This document shows, one piece after another, positions 13,123-23,400 of a stretch of 64,000 nucleotides of DNA. The notes under the pieces are model-generated. The model was given only the letters and a program-made list of their open reading frames with translations. It was not told the origin of the DNA and ran no database searches. Numbering within the stretch: position 1 is the first letter of the stretch; every line of letters starts with the position of its first letter. The stretch is from assembly GCA_004431415.1 (NCBI GenBank), contig QPMI01000657.1, forward strand, positions 124,001-188,000, read 5' to 3'. The stretch comes from Cyanophora paradoxa CCMP329 (Eukaryota; Plantae; Glaucophyta). A program made the translations under genes and the position numbers.

Positions 13123-13691
13123 GGCCGCTACCGCCTCGGCGGCCGCCGCCGCCCCCCGCCCTCGCCGCCGCCGCCGGCGCCGCCGCCCCCGCCGCCGGCG
13201 CGACCGGAGCGGGGGGCAGGGGCAGGGCGCCCCCAGCGCAGCGGACGTTCTGGGGTCGTGGCGGAGTACGGCCTCCAGGCCGCGGGCCTCACGGGCCCGG
13301 GCCTCGCCCCCTCCCCGACGTCTACGCCGGCTCCATGGCCGGGGCCATCAGCCCCGCGGCCGCCGCCGCCCTCCGGGCCTCCCTCGCCGCCCAGCGCGCC
13401 GCCACGGGCACCGAGCTGCCCGCCGGCGCCCCGCCGGCCCCGACTGCCCCGACGGGAGCCCCGCCCCAGCCCTCCCGCCCCGCGCCCGCCCCGGCCGGAG
13501 CCGGGGCGGCCGCCGGCGGAACCCCGGCCTCCCCCCCCTCCGAGCAGAACATCGCCGACATCCTCGGCCTCATCCAGACCCTCACGGCGCCGGCCGCGGC
13601 CGCCGGGTCGGCGCCGCCGGCGCCAGGCACCCAAAGTACTAAGGATAAGGTCCTGCGGGGCCTTGCCGCCCTCCTCGGCCTCGGCGAGTAG
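11489..13691 (+). CDS. Spliced gene of unknown function (possibly LINE ORF1-like RNA-binding protein) with Pro/Ala-rich C-terminus
   Basis: Intron 11771-11855 (GTACCT...GCTCAC...CCGCAG, 85 nt) joins ORF 11489 to ORF 11694-13691 in frame. The globular part includes IFVARVGAAARRQTIVVRLLSLGDVEEVF. Frame ambiguity in the low-complexity tail. Confidence 0.65.
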
Positions 13692-14529
13692 AACCGTACC
13701 CCGTCCGGCCCCCCGGCCCTCGAGAGCTCCCCGATGTCGGTTACCGGTTCTTTTCCCTCCCTCGCCTAGCTCGCCAGCAAGTAGCATCGCCCTCTTATCC
13801 CCGCGTTCCGAGCTAGATAGTGGTGGACAGATACCGCAGCATCCCGGCACCGGGCCGGCCCTAGGGCAAGAACCACGTAGTCTAGACCTGGATTTACCCC
13901 TTCCCCTTAGCTTGATGTCGGCGCCTAGCGCCTCCGCACCGCCAGGTCTCTGTCCGTCCCACTGGGCGGGGGGGCCGAATGAGCAATTTACACCGTGGGG
14001 GCGATGCCCTCACCCCTCCTGAAAAAACTTATAATTATACCGGTAGTAGTAGTACTAGTACTAGGGGTGGGCCGCACCGTGGGCGTAGTGAGGGCCGCGG
14101 CCGGGTCCGACCCCGGTCCACTGAGTCAGTGCCCCCCCCCCCCCCCCCCCCACTGGCACCCCATGGCCACTCATGATCAGTGGCGCCAGTGGGAGGGGGG
14201 TACCTGTACATGTGATTCTGAAGCAAAATTAAAAACGACCTAAACTAAGCGAAAATGCGCCGAGCTTCGAATTCCAGGCGCTTCGCGCCGTCGATTTTAC
14301 AGCTGCAGCGTGTTTTGGCAACAATTGGAACCTTCGTCGAGGAAAGTGCAAGCCCGACCCTAGGCCTTCTGTAACTAAGGGTTTTCGACTCCCGACGATG
14401 CGAAAATCGCACTAGTACGTATACTGCGGGCAGTCTGCGGCACCGATCGCGAATATGGAGAAGATCGGCTCAAACGACAAGAGCCTACCCCCATGGCCAC
14501 CCCCGCGATTTTCCGTCGTCCCCCCTAAT

Positions 14530-14613
14530 TTGTATGTAGTGGCGAAAAATCCCCACTGAGTCAGTCCATGGGCCAGTGGCGGGGTGACTGGGGATTTTCG
14601 CCACTACATACAA
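14530..14613. repeat. Short inverted repeat (~25-bp arms); second copy at ~29136-29219
   Basis: TTGTATGTAGTGGCGAAAAATCCCCA ... TGGGGATTTTCGCCACTACATACAA. Confidence 0.8.
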
Positions 14614-14637
14614 CAGACTCGGTCATGATCGTCAGAC

Positions 14638-14986
14638 TAAAGATGGGGCTCGAGCCGGGCCCGGGCCGGCTCGAGCCGGGCCGGGCCGAGCCGAGGGGCC
14701 GGCCGGCTCGAGCCGGCCCTCTGGCCACGCGGGCCGGCTCGAGCAAGCCGGCTCGAGGTGTATGGCGCGGCTGGCTCGAGCCGGGTCGGTTTTTGTTATG
14801 GGCGAGCCGGCGAGCCGGCGAGCCGGCTAGCTATTTTATATAGTTTACTATTATATATATCGAATATTATATTAGACAAGGACTGTGTACCCCCCACCTC
14901 GGGCCGGCTCGAGCCGGCCCGCGGCTCGAGGGGTGCTGGCTCGAGCCCGGCTCGAGCCGCCGATTTGCGCTCGAGCCCCATCTCTA
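14638..14986. mobile_element. hAT-type MITE (349 bp) rich in GGCTCGAGCC subterminal repeats
   Basis: TIRs TAAAGATGGGGCTCGAGC and GCTCGAGCCCCATCTCTA match at 17/18. 8-bp TSD CGTCAGAC at 14630-14637 and 14987-14994. Confidence 0.92.
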
Positions 14987-15840
14987 CGTCAGACTCGGTC
15001 ATGATCAGATCTAGAGTGATTGGTTGAGTAGTTAAAAATCTGGCTGTGCCAGCCAAAAAGAGACTAGGCCATCATGTACCCATGTGTCAGTTACTCTGAA
15101 CACGTTTCACATGCAAGTTCCTCGATGGCAGTTCCCTGGGGCAGTGACTCGAGTCAAAAAGCCCCAGACTGGCCCCCAGAGGCTCCTAAATTTTAACTCC
15201 GAAATGAGTCCGCATCATGAATCGTGATGGGACGCATCATCGTCACGCATGCGCATGCCCATGAATGCCAAACACTGGGAAGTCACGGGTGACTCACGCG
15301 CTTGTCACGCATGTTACTAGTTATTAGTTAATACTGTAATTCGGGTAATATTTAAGACCCCAAAATAATATTTAATTAGTAATCCCGGGGTTTGGTAGGT
15401 TTAGTAGGCTGAAAATAATTAAGAGTTGGCCGCGCGGCCCGGCGGAGCGCTTTAGTAGCGGCCTTTAGAAGAGGGGAGGGCGCGGTGCGCGCTATAGCTA
15501 GGGGGTCTAGATCTGTTGGAGCGTCCGAGAGCCCCCTCGCACTACGCACTACAGCTAGCTTCTCCCGCGCTGCAACTAAGGCTGCGCTACGTACCCCCCC
15601 CAGCACCTCATGTTTAATTTAGTGTACGATAAAACTTTAGTAGTCGGGCCAAGTTGGGCGGCAACTTGGGCCCGGGGAGTCGGGACTCGGGAGTCGGGAC
15701 TCGGGAGTCGGGACTTGGGAGTCGGGAGTCGGGACTCGGGCCCGGCCCGGCCGCGGGGAGTCGGCCCCGGGCCCGCTGGACTCGCGATCGGAGTCTCGGG
15801 GCCGTCGGACTCGCCGAGTCGGGAGTCGGGACTCACGCAG

Positions 15841-17344
15841 TATTTTGACTGCTGCATCTGCTGGCAAGTGTCAAGCGCACTAAATTATGGAAACCGGACG
15901 CTGCTTCGGGCTCTCTACGGGCTTCCCGTGAGTAGTCGTTTATAACTGAGTGATCATGATCATGATTATATATATAACTATACGTAGAAAATCCCAAGCT
16001 GCACCTGCGTCTGACGCCAAGGCCCGCGTTCGCAGCAACACACGTGCCTGGATTATTTCGCTTCTTACTGTGCGCGAACGCTAGCCCGCCCCTTCCTCTC
16101 CCCCGCCCCCACGCACACATACCCCGTTGCAACCCCGGCGCCCCCGGCCCCGAGATCCCCCCCCCCCTCCCTTTTCCGAAGTTCCCCCCTAGGCCCTCCC
16201 CTTCCCTCCCGGAGCCGCGAACCCTCTATTCCCCCCCCTCCCCCGCCCCCTCCCTGCCGCCCCCCCTCCGGCCCCATAATTATAAAATATCCTAGAATTC
16301 GAATATCCTAGTGTTTCCCCCCCGTGTCCACCCTGCACCTCCACCGGTGCCCCCGCTTCCAATTTGAATATCAATTAAAATATCCCCCGTTTGCAACTGT
16401 GCTATTTAGGCCTGCAGCTGCAGCTGATCACTGAATCATGAAGATGTGGTGCAACTTGAAGATCTGTTATCTAGAGCATCGATCTCGCGATCGGACCCGC
16501 CACGGGCCTGATCATGATCGCACGTCGACGTCGATCTCGTGCAGGTTGCACGTGCTGTGCGATCGCCCAAACGGCCAACGAGGCCGATCTCCGCACGAAG
16601 CACGACACCGTGAAGCTGGGCCGTCCGCAGGCATGCCCTGGAGATCCTCATGATCGATTCTCGAATGATCCGCTTTCTGGCAACGTTAACGTCGAATTTC
16701 TACGCAGATGGGCCCGATCATCGTTACGAACACCATGCAGGTGCATGTGCTTCGTTTCGTCGAACTTGCTGATTCGTACAAACAATATCAATATATTATT
16801 TTTATTGCAGGTCGCTCCCGCGGCACCGCCGCCGATCATGATGGCGCAGCCTGTGCAGCCGATGCCGCTGGCCATGGGGCCGATGCCCGGCCAACCCCAG
16901 CCCTCCAACATGCACATGGCGCCCCCGCCGATGACGATGCAAATGCCCGGCCAAGTACCAAGCCCCGACGATGCAGTCGGTGCGGCTGCGTGTTTCTTGC
17001 GACCTCGAATATCAAACCGCGACTTTAATTTAACTAAACTAAAGATCTACGGGTACGCACAGATCTGAGGGCCTTCCTTGAACGAGCTGGGGCCGAGAAG
17101 TGCGTGTACCCTCGGACTCTGGAGGACGCCGGGCCGCTCCCAAACTCAAGCTTACCATATGCATAATTTAAACCTAAGCTTTATATATATATATAATCGC
17201 TCTTAATGCATTTTCATTCTGCTTGTCGATCTGCAGGTACCTCGGGTCTTTCATGGCAAATGAGATCGGGATGGCCGAAATGCGGACGATTACGGAGGAG
17301 GTGCGATTGCGAGCTCAAGGCTAGCGCTGTTCAAGTGCTAGATG
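15841..17344 (+). pseudogene. PLAC8-SAM gene copy lacking the 5' exons and the last SAM exon
   Basis: Homologous to the intact gene from ~2670 onward. Starts at the YFDCC exon fused to the GGGAGTC array and is cut in the last intron by the LINE 5' junction. Confidence 0.85.
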
Positions 17345-18475
17345 ACATGGCATGCCTCTCCGTACAATTGGCCCTACAGATCGGATCACTACCCCGTGTT
17401 CGCCGACTTTAATGAAGAGGACCTCGGCATATATAGCCCCAGCCAAAACTCCTCCCCAGCCAATTCTAAGCCCGCCCGTCTTCTCATACTCAAACCTTCC
17501 CCCCCTCCAACGCATTAACTTCAAAGACGAAGTGGAGTCCATATTGGCGGAAGGCAGATAGTATAGCTGGTGCGGGGGGGTACGTCGATCGAGTGCGCGC
17601 CTGGCGAGTAGGGCGGCGGCAGCCCTGGGCTTCCTCCTGTGAGGTGCCCGTGTGCTGCCACGTGAGCCGTTCCCAAAGCCCGCGACCCGACCGCGCCCCG
17701 ACCCCTGTAGCCTGAGATCGCAATCGGCGCCATGCCGCCGCACGCAAAGGACCCCAGCACACGGCTAGCATCAGCCTCTGTACATCGGACGCGCGACTGC
17801 CCGCCCGCGCGGTCGACCGCCCACCGCCGCGCCTCTCCAGCGCGCCGAACCCCAGCTCGACCCGCCCGCCATCCCGAGCTCATCCCCGAGCTAAGCACAA
17901 GCGGGCCAGGCGGATCACCGCCTCGCTCCCCCAGCTGCAGGACCACGCGCTCTCGCGCGCGCGCGCGGGGCCAGGCCTCACCGACACACTCTCATTCTCG
18001 AGCTCCCGACTGCGCAGTTGCTCGCTCCCAGAGCTCCCGGCGGCCCTTACGCTCACCTCGACGTCGCCCGCTAAGTCGAAGTCTCTGGGCATCGAAGCCG
18101 CTGTGAACAACGCTAGCCGAAGCCAGCGCCGCCTTGCCGAGTCGACCCCGCGCGCGCGGCGCTGGCGCAAACGCGCTCAAACGCCGCGCGGCAGCACCTC
18201 GACGCGCTCTCCCCCGTCGCTCATATGCCGCCGCTAGTCTACGGTGCACCCGTCCCTCGTGCACCGCCTCTCAGTCACTGATCATACCATGCGCGCCCCC
18301 CGCCCGGACCCCGCGAGGGAGGGCGCGCCCGCCAGCATGGACCCCGTGGACATCAAGGCGCATGCCCGCGCCTTCCTTACATCCCTCCTACAGGCAGCAC
18401 GCCCCCTCCCGCCCCCCCCTGCGCCCGCCACCACCGCCGCCCGCGCCGCCGCAGACAAACCGGGCACCCAAGACA

Positions 18476-18741
18476 GCCGCCTCGAGTCGCGGGTCACAGG
18501 CTTCTCCGCCGCCGGCCGCCTCGGCGAGCATGATAAAGGCCGCCTCGAGTCGCGGGTCACAGGCTTCTCCGCCGCCGGCCGCCTCGGCGAGCTTAACAAC
18601 GGCCGCCTCGGCGAGCTTAACAACGGCCGCCTCGAGTCGCGGGTCACAGGCTTCTCCGCCGCCGGCCGCCTCGGCGAGCTTAACAACGGCCGCCTCGAGT
18701 CGCGGGTCACAGGCTTCTCCGCCGCCGGCCGCCTCGGCGAG
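18476..18741. repeat. 63-bp GC-rich VNTR (~4 units plus a 24-bp subunit)
   Basis: Unit GGCCGCCTCGAGTCGCGGGTCACAGGCTTCTCCGCCGCCGGCCGCCTCGGCGAGCTTAACAAC. Confidence 0.9.
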
Positions 18742-19074
18742 CCCGCCTCTACAAGCTCCCCCCCCCCCCCCTGGGCGACCCGGGGGCAGGGTACGCGACG
18801 CCCCCATGTCCCCCCCGACGCCGCCGCGCGCTCGGCCGCTACTGCCACCGCCCCGCGCCTCGCTGCAGCAGCTACGCACTCTCGAAACGGCGCGTGCGCC
18901 GTGCTGCCGCCCTTCTCGACCACGAACAGGCGCCCGACACCCTCGCCGAACGTGGCCGCGGCCGCGAGCGCGCTGCCCCCGCCGCCCCCGGCCCCGACGA
19001 TGATGCCTACGGCCCCGAGGCCGCCGGCGAGGACGAAGCCAGTGGCGGCGCGTATCCCGGGACTTTTGTGCCAC

Positions 19075-19286
19075 CGAGTCATTGACTCGAAACCCGAGTC
19101 ATTGACTCGAAAAATGACTCGAACCCGAGTCATTGACTCGAAACCCGAGTCACTCCGGAAATGACTCGAAATCCGAGTCAGCCCGAGTCAGCCCGAGTCA
19201 CTCCGAGTCACTCCGGGTCGGTGAAAATTTGTTCGAGTCAGCCCGAGTCAGCCCGAGTCACTCCGAGTCACTCCGAGTCACTCCGA
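19075..19286. repeat. CCGAGTCA/TGACTCG palindromic and tandem motif array
   Basis: Repeated CGAGTCATTGACTCG palindromes followed by 10-bp tandem CCGAGTCA(GC/CT) units. Confidence 0.8.
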
Positions 19287-20440
19287 TTAATTATAAAATT
19301 AAATATATATATTTATAAATCGAGAGCCCCGAATGCGCACGCCCTGCCAGGCTGGCACGGCCGCCGAGCTAGCGCTGGGCAGCCTGGGCTCGACCACGCC
19401 GCCACGGCGCCACCGGCGCCACGTTATATTTATATCATAGTATAATTGAAAACGTTCAACGGTTGCGCATGCCGCGATGCGCGCGCCCCGGGCCCCGCCC
19501 TGGCTCGGATCGTGCGGCCGCCGGGCCGCGGGCCGGGCGCCGTCCAGACGGTCCTGGACCTGGCTCGCCTGCCGGTGCACTGCATGCGCTGGGTTATTCA
19601 CGACGAGCTGCGTAATAGCCTGCAATCCGCCAACGAGAGAAAAACATTATAAGCCACTGAAAACAGACTGCATATAGCTAATTATAACTATATCTGGGGG
19701 CTAGCGCTTGACTGCGAAATCGCGCCTAGCTGCCTAGCAGATAAAGCTGCACGTCGCCTTCTGCCCCTCGCCCCTGCTGCTCAGAAGCCTCTCCACTCCG
19801 GACCAGGCGCTATGTGGGGATTCCATCGGCACTTGCAGCAGCACGTTCCCGCACTCGCCGCGCTGCGCGCGCCACGGTGAGCGGGCGGATCAAAGGAAGA
19901 TAAGCGAGCAGCGAGCGGCAAGCGGGCGGCTGTGCACCGTGGACGAGGACGAGGCCGGTGGCGAGGACGAGGCCGGTGGCGCGGATGCCGCCGGGGCAGA
20001 CGCCGACACCACCCAGTAGATCCCTCTTCATGGGCCGCTCCCCTCCCAATGTTAATAGTGCCCTCTTTCCACCCCGCCCCCTGCGCAGCCATTCCCCCTT
20101 CCCTTCGCAGCCATTCCCCTTTGCAGCCATTCCCCCTTCAGGTCCACCTCTCCCTACATACCCGATCTACCGCTACCCCCCCCCCCCCCCCCCCCCCGCC
20201 TCTCCGCCCCGCCTCAATACTGCAACCTCACGACCGCAACCACCTCCCCCCTCCATATCCACCCACCCGCATCTGTACCTTCGTGGCCCGCACCTCCTTG
20301 TAGCTACTGTAGTACTCGCTCTTAGGCTCCACAGCACCCTTAGCATGTCCATAGTCCGTCCTTTGTGGCCCCCCAGCGGGATCATACGCGGGGCTGGCCT
20401 AACTAATATATTGATATGCCCTTGGGGCTTTTTCAAAAAA

Positions 20441-23400
20441 TTGGCGGAAGGCAGGGCCAGGGAACTCGTTCGGGGGCTTGAACTCTTGAACCGAGCGCAC
20501 GAGTCTGAACCCCCGCCTCCCGCCCAACTAGCGACTGCCCACTCAATGCTCGAACAGCTTCACGAAATAATGCTATCTGCAATTGTTGCTGTAGGTTCCA
20601 GTAAAGAGCACCAATGCTACAAGGGGGAGCGTCCCCGGGTAAAATTTAGCGCCAAGGGGCGGCCCGAATCTCGCATCCTCCGGAAAGCCGAGCAACTTGT
20701 TCATGTCTGGCGGAACTCAGCCCCCGTTCCGCACCTGGCACCCCCGGCGGCGCACCTCGTGACAGCCTTTCACCGACTGCGTACACTTATCGAAGACCAC
20801 AGCCGATTCGTAGAAATGATTCCGCCCCACAAGAAGAAGGGCTATCTGCAGCTGGCGGCGATTCCAGCCCCGGCCGACGAGACCTCACCGGGAGCCTGGG
20901 ACACGGCGCTGGAACAACTCACGGGCTGGACGACGTACTGGCGTGTCCGATTCCAAAAACTCGTTCAACATTTGTCCACGGGAGCTATAAGCGAACGACT
21001 CGCGCACCGTCGCTCCCTATTCAAGCGCAACCTCGGCCGATACCTCCAATCCGTGCTGGAAAAGCCCCCACGGGCTCCGATTTCTTCCATCTGCATTGAA
21101 CGTGAGAACAACCGAGCAGTCGTCTTCCGCCCTGCTTCAGTCAAAAGCCACCTTCGCGATCATTTCTATAAATGGACAGCCACTCGACGCCCTTGCTTCC
21201 AGGGCACCCGGCCGAGTACGCTTCCCGACTGCTCCATCCCTGGCCTCACCAAGGACCTGTGGCGTCGAGTGCACGACGTCGACCCGTCAGTGGATCCCGA
21301 CATCCACTCCAATATCATGAATTTACCAGAGGACGAGGAGCTCGCTATCACCATCGGCGGCCTTCGAAACGGCGCCCCGGGACCCTCAGGGTTTTCTAAC
21401 GAAATGCTCAAAATGCTCTTCCTTCCTGTCTCTTTACCGAAGAAACTGAGCAAGGAAATTGCGGCGGCCGGACTCGACCCCGCCTCTATCGATGGCAAAG
21501 TACACCCCCTGAGTAGAGCATGCGTCCGCACTCTCGTGCATTCTATTTTGCGGCTTGGGAAGGCCCCGCCGTCCTTCCTCCGCAGTACAGTCTGCCCCAT
21601 TCCCAAAGGCGGCGCCTGGGACGGCTCCCTCGACAACCTTCGACCTATCTCACTGCAGGAGTGTGTCTTCAAGCTCACCACTACAGTCCTCACCAACCGG
21701 CTCTCCCACACCATAGGTTCCCAAGCCGTTCTCAAAGGCGATAATTTTGCTTTTATGAAAGGCAAATCGACAGACGAGCCCCTTTACATCATATGCATGC
21801 GCGCGGTCTTGGAAGACGCCAACCAATTTAAAAAACCGCTCTACTTGCTTTTGCTAGATATCAAACGAGCCTACGACAGCGTCAGCTGGTCCAGCATGGA
21901 AATGGCCCTGCGCCGCAAGCGCCTGCCCGAAGCGTACATTCGCTTCTACGCTCATGTTGCTGAGAACCGCACCGCCTGCGTTGCGTCCGGCCATGGCCCG
22001 ACCAGCTACTTCCCAGTTGAATGTGGCCTAGCCCAGGGCGGCCCCGAGTCGCCTATTCACTGGCTAATTTTCTACGACGTCTTTCTCTCATGATCAGCGT
22101 TACGCGAGGCCAGCGCAGCACAGCGTACGAGCTACGCGATGGGCCCACCCCGAAGCCCAGCGGATGCACCTCGACCCCAGCGCGCCCTCCGCGGTGCCCT
22201 CCCCCGGGTACATATACCGGGATTCGCATTTGCAGACTCTGAGATGACACTACGCTTTTTAGCTCTACATCCCATGGCATCCAGCTTCACGCCAATCTCG
22301 CCGCGGAATTCTTCTCTATTCACGATATCGAACTTAATGCACGAAAAACAGAGTTCACCTACGTAAACGTTGCCTCCCCCACTCCACCCTCCCTTGGCGC
22401 CTCTCCCATTGATAAGAAGAATATTCTTCAACCGTCGCAACCATTCAAGCTCCTTGGCATTCAAATGACAGCCAACCTCAACCGCGCACCCCAGCTGCAA
22501 CACCTGCGGGCAGTCAGCAAAACCACGGCGGCCATTATTGCGAGAAAACCGCTCACTGCAGCTGAGAGCATTTACATTGTGAACCATATCATCCAGGCTC
22601 GTATAGCGTACTGCTTCAAAGCGTTTACGCTCACGCGTGCCGAAGCCAAATCCCTAGATGCCATCTGGCTTGCCACCGTGAAGCATCACGCGGGGCTCAG
22701 CCGCTCCACTCCAAACGCCGCCCTTTTCTGTCGCGGACTCTACGGACTGCACCGCATCGAAGACGTGCAGGCGCGGCACCAGCTCCTTGACGAGAACATC
22801 CGTTTTCTCCACCCTGTTCTCGCTCCGTTTCTGCAACACCGTATTGCAGCGGCGCAAGAGAAGCTCGGCCTCCCGCTGCTGCCCCACACGTACACGCAGC
22901 TCGCCCCCACGAAAGCTCTACACCGACATCACTTCTGCCTAAGTATAATTCCGCAATTCCACAGACGCGGGTACGCATTTGACACGATAAAAACAGAGCC
23001 CTGGTCCGCAGCCCTGCCCTCCCCAAAACTACAACGCCAGTATGTGGTTACAGCGCACCTGCCTTGGCCCCTTCTTCGCCAAGCGGCCCCTCTCCTCTGG
23101 AACTACGACATCCTCACGATGGCTGATCTCACAGGCGTGACGACATCTCCTCTCAGCTGGTCCACGCTCTGGGCGTCAGGCCGCCTCCCACGCATAGCCC
23201 GCACCGAACCCAAGTGGTACAGCCTTGTCCTCCAGGCTATAAGCACCGACCCCGAGGCCAAGCCGCTTCAACTTAAGCACCCCATGCCCCTTGATCCCCG
23301 AGACCGGCCCCGGGGCCAGCCCCGCAACGGCGGCCAAACATCGCTGGAGGCCACCGGCTTCTTTACCCCCACTATCCGGCCCCCGATGCTAGTCTGGACC

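Larger units (their letters stand above)
7737..14025 (+). mobile_element. 5'-truncated non-LTR retrotransposon (L1/Tx1-like) with a 4.4-kb gene-bearing 3' region
   Basis: 13-bp TSD AACTTATAATTAT at 7724-7736 and 14026-14038. A-run at 14022-14027. The element begins abruptly inside ORF2 just before the post-RT KGGIG motif. Confidence 0.8.
14486..17344 (+). repeat. Left copy of ~2.85-kb direct duplication flanking the second LINE
   Basis: Near-identical to 29092-31936 from TACCCCCATGGCC to GTGCTAGATG. Differences are a few SNPs and homopolymer lengths. Confidence 0.95.
17558..20439 (+). mobile_element. Nested non-autonomous composite retro-insertion (2.9 kb)
   Basis: 15-bp TSD ATTGGCGGAAGGCAG at 17543-17557 and 20440-20454; ends TTTCAAAAA. 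Removing it restores the host reading ...DEVESILAEGR|ARELVRGLELL. Confidence 0.88.

Noticed and set aside
13880-13985. HDV-like ribozyme (GACCTGG/CCAGGTC helix, ...GCCGAATGAGC end)
   Set aside because: No GG for P1.1 after the P1 3' strand and no convincing P2; a covariance-model search would be needed.
14062-14527. Another hAT element (TAGGGGTG... start; internal similarity to the 541-1043 MITE)
   Set aside because: No matching right TIR or 8-bp TSD could be found; left as an unresolved repeat remnant.
18476-19286. CRISPR-like array
   Set aside because: Units are contiguous tandem repeats without unique spacers, no cas genes are present, and the context is eukaryotic.
19958-22093. 711-aa ORF as a complete RT protein with a Pro-rich N-terminus
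   Set aside because: The first ~160 codons belong to the nested insertion and read through the TSD at 20440. The real upstream ORF2 sequence is at 17345-17557.
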